From the NCBI GenBank assembly GCA_964549615.1, contig CAZJVP010000002.1:1-52546 (forward strand): a stretch of DNA of 52,546 bases, in the 5' to 3' direction. This stretch comes from an uncultured Thermococci archaeon (GTDB lineage Archaea > CAYQAE01 > CAYVLA01). Positions 46,701-52,546 of the stretch are shown here, piece by piece (within the stretch, counting starts at the first letter, position 1; each line of letters begins with the position of its first letter). The position numbers and the translations under genes were made by a program. A model generated the notes under the pieces. That model had not been told where the DNA came from. It did no database searches and saw nothing but the letters and a program-made list of their open reading frames with translations.

Positions 46701-48425
46701 TCATCGCTCCTCGTAGGCTGCCCTGCGCGTGTTGATGGCGCGAATCCTGGCGGGATCAAACTTGGGCTTCCGGTCGTAGGTAAGAAGCCCGTTCACCTCC
46801 TGCTCTACGTCGTATAGCTGCGTGTAGCAGAAGCCAACTATCTTCGGATTGGCAAGGAGCGCCCCGGTCAGCGCTTCGTACCTTTCCAGGAACTCTGCCT
46901 CCGATTTCGGCCTTTCCCCGTACCCCCAGGCCTTTGTTCCAGTCTGCCCGGGGTTCCACCAGGTCCCTCCGAACTCGCTCACCATGACCGGCTGCCCGGA
47001 ATATGGGGCGTCCCGGCCGGGACGGTTGCGGTAAGGTTCGCCCCTCTCAAGGATGCTCAAATGTCTGGCCCTGAAGGTCTGCGGGTTCTGGTCGTAGTCG
47101 TGGCAGTCGTAAACGTCAGTTGCGACGTGCGTGTAGCCACTCGTGTCGATGACCGGCCGCTCCGGGTCGACCATCTTCGTGATCCCGTATACCGTTCGCA
47201 CGACCCAGCTGTCTTGGTTGGGATCCGTCTCGTTGAAGGGGCACCATCCTATTATGCATGGATGTTTGATGTCCCGTCTGAGCACCTCGACCCACTCGGA
47301 GATGAAATTCTCGCACGCCTGCGGCCTGGAGGGGTCTATCCCCCAGCTTGGGAACTCCCCCCACACCATATAGCCCAGCCTGTCCGCCCAGTAAAGAAAC
47401 CGGGGTTCAAAGACCTTCTGGTGGAGCCTTGCGCCGTTGAATCCCATCTCCTTTGAGATCTCGATATCGCGCCTCAGGTCCCCATCGCTCGGCGCCGTGT
47501 AGATGCCGCCTGGATAGTATCCTTGATCTAAGACCAGCCTCTGGAAGATCCGCTTCCCGTTCAGAAGGAAACGGTCACCCTGGATCTCGACCGACCTGAT
47601 GCCGAAGTAACTCCTCACCCGGTCCAGCACGCGCCCGCCGCTTCTTACGACCAGCTCAAGGTCGTAGAGATTGGGATCGTCTGGACTCCACAGCTTCGGG
47701 GTCCCCAGATCCAAGGGGATCCTGACTTCAGAGGATGCCGGGCTGCCCCCGCAGGCCACCATGGCCCCATCTTTGTAGACGAATGCCTCCACGACCCCCT
47801 CCGGCGAGCCGCTCAGCTTTGCCACTACCCACGTGCGACAGCCCTGCTTGGCGGTCCCCACGCTGACCGTCTCTATGAAGGCAGGACCGACGGCCTCAAG
47901 CCAGACCGTCTGCCAGATGCCGGTGACCCGGCTGTACATGCAGCCATAGGACTCCCGCCTTGCCGACTGCTTCCCGCTCGGTTGAAGCCCTGACCTGTTA
48001 TCGTCACGAGCCTGGAGGACGAGCCAGTTATGACCCCCGGACACCTTGCCCGTGATCTCGAACGTGAAAGGCGTGTACCCTCCCCTGTGCTCACCCAAGT
48101 AGTGTCCGTTCAGCCAGACCCTTGCCTCGTAGTCCACGGCCCCGAAGTGCAGCAGGATCCGTTTTCCCGCCATCGCTTTTGGCAGGCGGAATGACCTGGA
48201 ATACCAGACGACGGGCATGAAGTCGGTTAACCCGAGTCCGCTCAGCCGGCTCTCGGGCGGGAAGGGAACGAGGATCTCCAAGTCGAGCTCGGGTTCCCTG
48301 GCCCAGCCCCTGGCCTCCCCCGTCCCATCAAGGTCAACGGCGAACTTCCACGTCCCGTTAAGGCACAGCCAAGGCCGTCTGTATAGGGACGGCCTGGGGT
48401 GCTCGGGCCTTGGAATCCGGGCCAT
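46701..48425 (-). CDS. GH2 beta-galactosidase/beta-glucuronidase-like
   Basis: PRPEHPRP, LNGTW, HFGAVDY, GIWQTVWLE, LDQGY, GFNGARLHQK, WCPFNE, SEFGG, YTQLYDVEQE. Confidence 0.92.
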   Translation of the reverse strand: MARIPRPEHPRPSLYRRPWLCLNGTWKFAVDLDGTGEARGWAREPELDLEILVPFPPESRLSGLGLTDFMPVVWYSRSFRLPKAMAGKRILLHFGAVDYEARVWLNGHYLGEHRGGYTPFTFEITGKVSGGHNWLVLQARDDNRSGLQPSGKQSARRESYGCMYSRVTGIWQTVWLEAVGPAFIETVSVGTAKQGCRTWVVAKLSGSPEGVVEAFVYKDGAMVACGGSPASSEVRIPLDLGTPKLWSPDDPNLYDLELVVRSGGRVLDRVRSYFGIRSVEIQGDRFLLNGKRIFQRLVLDQGYYPGGIYTAPSDGDLRRDIEISKEMGFNGARLHQKVFEPRFLYWADRLGYMVWGEFPSWGIDPSRPQACENFISEWVEVLRRDIKHPCIIGWCPFNETDPNQDSWVVRTVYGITKMVDPERPVIDTSGYTHVATDVYDCHDYDQNPQTFRARHLSILERGEPYRNRPGRDAPYSGQPVMVSEFGGTWWNPGQTGTKAWGYGERPKSEAEFLERYEALTGALLANPKIVGFCYTQLYDVEQEVNGLLTYDRKPKFDPARIRAINTRRAAYEER

Positions 48426-48487
48426 ACGATCGCCCAAATGAAGACCGCCGCTGATAACCATTACCTGGCAGAATCCGAGCGCACTCG

Positions 48488-49117
48488 CTATTTCACCCAC
48501 GAGTCGATGATCTTCAAGCCCGCGATCGCCGAAGCCCCATAGGCATCGACCCCCGCCTCGGCTGCCCTCTCTTCATTTGCAGCGTTCCCCCCCAGGATGA
48601 TCTTGACCTGGTCCCTCAGCCCGGCCGCCTTCAGCGCCTCCACGACCTTCCTTACGCTGGGCAGGGCCTGCGTCAGGCCGACGGACAGGGCAAGGACCTG
48701 GGGCTTTACTTCCCTGACCTTCTCCACAAACTTCTCGGGAGGTACGTCGACGCCGAGATCGTGCACCTCGTACCCCGCCGAGGTCAGTATGGATATCAGG
48801 ATGCTCTTCCCCATGCCGTGGACGCTTCCCTGCACCGTCCCGACCACGATCCGCCCCTTCGCTGGCCGTGCTCTCTCGGCCAGGTAGGGCTTAGCTATCT
48901 CGAAGAGGTCCTGGGCCAGGGCTGCCGCCATTATGAGGTCGGAGAGGAAGTACTCCTTGTTCTCATACAGCCTCCCGACCTCCTCCATTCCCGCCCGGAT
49001 CGACTCGACCACTGCGGCAAAGCCGTCCGGAGCCTTCAGCGCCCTCTTGGCCAAAGCCTTCGCCTTCTTCTCATCGAACTCGACGATGGCGCGTGCGAGC
49101 TCATCCATATCCATCAC
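48488..49117 (-). CDS. Corrinoid (B12-binding) methyl-carrier protein, MtbC/MttC-like
   Basis: Cap domain GMEEVGRLY..YFLSDL; GTVQGSVHGMGK; DLGVDVPPE; ILGG. Confidence 0.9.
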   Translation of the reverse strand: MMDMDELARAIVEFDEKKAKALAKRALKAPDGFAAVVESIRAGMEEVGRLYENKEYFLSDLIMAAALAQDLFEIAKPYLAERARPAKGRIVVGTVQGSVHGMGKSILISILTSAGYEVHDLGVDVPPEKFVEKVREVKPQVLALSVGLTQALPSVRKVVEALKAAGLRDQVKIILGGNAANEERAAEAGVDAYGASAIAGLKIIDSWVK

Positions 49118-49120
49118 CCT

Positions 49121-50038
49121 TCAGATGTACCTCCCGAACTTGTGCCCCGTCTCGACCATCGCCAGCGCGTTCTCGACCGGGACGGAAGCATGAATCACGT
49201 TGCTGCTGGAAAGCACGTAGCCCCCGCCGGGGGCGGCGCGGGCGATGGCGGCCTTAGTCTCCTCGATCACTCTGTCAACGCTTTCCCAGGTCAGGGTCCA
49301 CGCGCAGTCGACGTTTCCCAGGATGCATATCCTGTCCCCGTACTTCTCCTTGACCTCCAGGATGTCCATGTTCGATGAAGGGTCGATGGAGTGCAGAGCA
49401 TCGATGCCCGATCCAACCAAGCCATCGAGGATGGGCCGAAGGTCGCCGTCGCTGTGCACGAGGAGCTTTGCGCCCATCCGGTGAATTGCGCGCGCCAGCC
49501 TCGCCAGATTCGGAAAGATGAACTCGTCATAGAACCTCGGAGCGAGGTAGGGACCCTCCTTCCCGGCCATGTCGTCCAGGCCGCCCCTGATGATCTCGAA
49601 TCCCGCCTCGACCTCGGCCTTCGCGCCCTCTATGGCTTTGAGCGCCATCTCCCTGCACTGCTTCCTCAGGTTCACCTTGTCGAAGTAGAACCGCCTGATC
49701 GTCTCGATATCCCCCATGCTCCCGGGCATGGGCGACACGTGTCCGCAACCGCCTAGATAGGCAAGCTCGGGAGCAATCTGCTTGGCCAAGGGCAAAAGAT
49801 CGCGTGGAACGGAGATCATGTCGTAGCCGAGCTTCTTCCACAGCTTGACCTTGTACTCGAAGTTCCGTTCCTTCACCTCCTTCTCCTTGCCCTTCTCCTT
49901 CAGCCGGATTGCCTCCTCCGGGCTGACCGGGCTCTTCCCGATTATCTTCTCGGCTATCTGAACCTCGAACTCGAACATGGGTACTCTGTCCGGTTCTCCT
50001 TTCTCGAGCGCAATCCAGATGCGGTCACGCGGGGTCAA
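49121..50038 (-). CDS. Uroporphyrinogen-decarboxylase-like / MtaA-like methyltransferase family protein
   Basis: EPDRVP, DD, HSDGD, HSIDP, ILGNVD, GGGYVLSSSNVIH; ends 3 nt before the corrinoid gene. Confidence 0.88.
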   Translation of the reverse strand: MTPRDRIWIALEKGEPDRVPMFEFEVQIAEKIIGKSPVSPEEAIRLKEKGKEKEVKERNFEYKVKLWKKLGYDMISVPRDLLPLAKQIAPELAYLGGCGHVSPMPGSMGDIETIRRFYFDKVNLRKQCREMALKAIEGAKAEVEAGFEIIRGGLDDMAGKEGPYLAPRFYDEFIFPNLARLARAIHRMGAKLLVHSDGDLRPILDGLVGSGIDALHSIDPSSNMDILEVKEKYGDRICILGNVDCAWTLTWESVDRVIEETKAAIARAAPGGGYVLSSSNVIHASVPVENALAMVETGHKFGRYI

Positions 50039-50311
50039 AAGCCCACCTTGGACCGGTCAAGTGCAGGGAATGAAATGTATTACCCTGGATGCCAGGCGGG
50101 AGGATCGAACCAACCCCCAAAGCCGCGGCAACTCCGAAACCCGAGCTTCTGAACTGGCATCGATCGCCGTGCAAACCAAGGCCGGGCTTCTGGTCGGGGG
50201 CAAAAGGCGAACTTCCACGGCCGGATCGCTTCCTGATCCAAATCCCACGCCCGTTGTGGGTGCCGGTGGAAAGAGTAATGAGACCCACGTGCTGGACGCG
50301 CGTGAGGCAGG

Positions 50312-51205
50312 TTGGGCGTACCAGACACCGTCTTCCCCACCTTCGTCATACTGGGCCTGGCATACCTCTTCCAGAAGAAAAAGAGGCTTGACTTAGACCC
50401 CATCATCGAGACCGCCCTCTACCTTGCATCCCCCTGCCTGATTTTCACCTCACTCTCCTCAAGCGACTATACGGCGGGCTCGCTTCTCCCCGTTGCGATC
50501 TCGGCAGCCATCGTGATGCTGGGCTGTCTTGCCCTCTCCCGGGCGGCCTTCGCGGCGGCGGGCCTGGGCGACTTGGATGCTAGAACCCTGCCCGTCATGC
50601 TGATGAACGCCGGGAACCTGGGCATCCCGATAGTGCTTTTTGCCTTCGGGGAGGAGGCGATGGGGCCGGTCGTCGCCTTCTTCGTAACGTCCGCCGTCTT
50701 CAACTACACACTAGGCATCTTCATTGCTGCAAGGCGTTCGCCGGACTCGGGCCGGCCCTGGTTGGAGGTGTTAAGGCTCCCGCTTGTCTATGCCGCGGTG
50801 GCAGGCGTAGCGGTGGGCGCCCTCGGGGTAAGGCTACCCGTCATCATGCTGCGGGCCATAAACACCTTGGGCCAGGCAGCGATACCCCTCTTCCTTATAT
50901 CGCTTGGGATGAGCCTGGCAAGCATCGACCCGAAGAGCCACCTCCCATCCGCCCTCCTGTCGGCCTCGATGCGGATCGGCTTGGGCCTAGTCCTCGGTAC
51001 AACGTCGGCAGCGATCCTCGGCATAAGGGGCGTTGCCCGTGGGGTCGTCATCCTTCAGTCATCCATGCCGCCGGCCGTTGCAAGCTTCATGCTTTCGCAG
51101 AAGTACCGCTGCAACCCGGAGCTCGTCGGCGCCACGGTCTTCGTCGGCACGGCGGTGAGCATTGCCACCATCCCAGTTGTGTTGTGGCTCGTGACCCAGG
51201 GGTAA
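50312..51205 (+). CDS. AEC-family (auxin efflux carrier-like) membrane transporter
   Basis: Multi-TM protein; PCLIF, NAGNLGIP, LGQAAIPL, ILQSSMPPAV. Confidence 0.88.
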   Translation: MGVPDTVFPTFVILGLAYLFQKKKRLDLDPIIETALYLASPCLIFTSLSSSDYTAGSLLPVAISAAIVMLGCLALSRAAFAAAGLGDLDARTLPVMLMNAGNLGIPIVLFAFGEEAMGPVVAFFVTSAVFNYTLGIFIAARRSPDSGRPWLEVLRLPLVYAAVAGVAVGALGVRLPVIMLRAINTLGQAAIPLFLISLGMSLASIDPKSHLPSALLSASMRIGLGLVLGTTSAAILGIRGVARGVVILQSSMPPAVASFMLSQKYRCNPELVGATVFVGTAVSIATIPVVLWLVTQG

Positions 51206-51385
51206 TGTGTAATGGGATGGTAGACACGAACAATCTCACCTCCAGGACGGGTTCTGCCCTGTCTTGGAAGGTTATCAGGAAATCGTTGGTCGGAGGAGAA
51301 ACTGATTCTTTGGAGTTATGCAGAGGTCTACAAGAACCCAACACCATGATACATCGCCCTCGACCCGCCGGCAGACCTTGGGGGG

Positions 51386-51612
51386 ATGAGCGATATCCAG
51401 ACCCGGATTGATTTCGTGGATCACAGAGCTGTGGTTGAAGTGAACGAGAAAGGGACAGAGGCTGCTGCAAGAACTATCGTTGTCCAAACCCTGAGTGCCG
51501 GGCCCAAGGCGCAGTTCCGGATGAGGTGGACCGACCATTCTTGTTCGTCATCAGGGACAACCAGTCGGGCGCCATACTCTTCATGGGGTTGATCAAGAAT
51601 GCCCAGACATGA
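51386..51612 (+). pseudogene. Serpin C-terminal remnant (hinge/reactive-centre loop and signature), frameshifted
   Basis: HRAVVEVNEKGTEAAA, then in a shifted frame VDRPFLFVIRDNQSGAILFMGLIKN; no N-terminal body upstream. Confidence 0.8.
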
Positions 51613-51793
51613 TCCTACACCATCCAACTGGTACAACTGGATGTGTACAGGCCGGAGGGAACTAGGATCATGATCCTTCCTATCATCAACTGACGAGACA
51701 TCGCCGTCGTCTGCCTCCACCTTCAATTTCACGAGTAGCCGTCGCCAATTCCCTTCGGAAGAAATGAACGCATCCCGAATTACAGGCCAACCC

Positions 51794-52420
51794 TTATCTA
51801 GGGGCGGGCTGCGAGCTTATGCGAAACCCGGAGCAGAAGGAAAGGGCGAACAGGACGGCGCTCAGAGCACTCAGCGCTACACAGGTCGCGCTCAGCGGCG
51901 AAACACCTAGCCGCCCTCCAGAAGGTATGTGCTGATCCGATGATCCCTTAGCACCATAACCCCTGCCGCTGCTACCATCAGGCCAAAGACACCGACCGAC
52001 AGAATAACAAACGCCGCCACAAGCCATAAGCTCCACAAGCCATAAGCTTGGCGGCCCTGCACCCAACCGCAAGGCCACGATCTTGATCCCTGTCCAGACA
52101 GCCATCGATCTCTGAAGTCCGAATCCCACTTTCGGGCTGCTGGTTGCGTCATCGGAACCTCCCTCTTCGGCAACGTAAAAGCCGTATCCGTATGCGGTGG
52201 CAGTCACCTTCCCCCGTTGGTGCTGGGATTGTCGTACGTGAACGTCACGTACTGTCCTGTCTTCGCTTCCGGATAGCTGTTTTCGCCCTGGCATGAGGCG
52301 GAGGGTCTCTGCGTGACACCTGCATAGTACGCGCTCGTCTCGGACTCGCCGAGCCGGTCCTGGCCTTTGTGCCAATAAACCTTGTGTGAGGTGGGCGGGA
52401 AACGAACCTGGGAAGACATC
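51794..52420 (-). pseudogene. Fragmented ORFs, possibly remains of a membrane protein gene
   Basis: Overlapping protein-like pieces in three frames (GQYVTFTYDNPS / KVTATAYGYGFYV / WLVAAFVILSVGVFGLMV). Confidence 0.3.
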
Positions 52421-52546
52421 TTAAAGCGCAAACAGCGCTGAGGGCGCGGGGATTTCGGTGAGACTGTCCATGGCTCCCCTAGCGCTCCTGGCCACGGCCA
52501 CGGTGATCGACGCTGCATCAGCCGGGGCCAGTAGCTTCCGCTCCGA

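Overview
GC-rich prokaryotic DNA, most likely from a heterotrophic anaerobic archaeon. This rests on TATA-like boxes about 25-30 nt before many start codons, archaeal-type HEPN/MNT and VapBC modules and a DUF6293-like regulator; a Bathyarchaeia/Brockarchaeota-like lifestyle is inference only. The right two-thirds is mostly carbohydrate catabolism (GH29, GH2, sialidase-like, GH123/DUF4091-like, aldose epimerase, Fe-ADH) mixed with corrinoid methyl-transfer genes (non-pyrrolysine MttB, corrinoid protein, two URO-D/MtaA-like enzymes). The region from about 4 to 17 kb looks like a defence/toxin island. Its centrepiece is a compact minus-strand operon encoding a CARF-like/wHTH regulator, a 58-aa protein, a short Rad50/SbcC-like SMC protein with a zinc hook but degenerate ATPase motifs, and a PIN-TPR nuclease, with no Mre11/SbcD partner. 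This is a candidate undescribed Lamassu-like defence system, with a palindromic operator between its TATA box and start codon. Next to it, a 286-bp non-autonomous element (28-bp TGT..ACA TIRs, perfect 16-bp target duplication) has inserted at the catalytic motif of a HepT/DUF86 toxin. The window also holds three paralogues of a secreted GATase-like family with a conserved C-terminal membrane tail, a PEP-CTERM-like protein and several pseudogenes. I recognised no rRNA, tRNA or CRISPR array. All family calls come from motif recognition by eye, not database searches.
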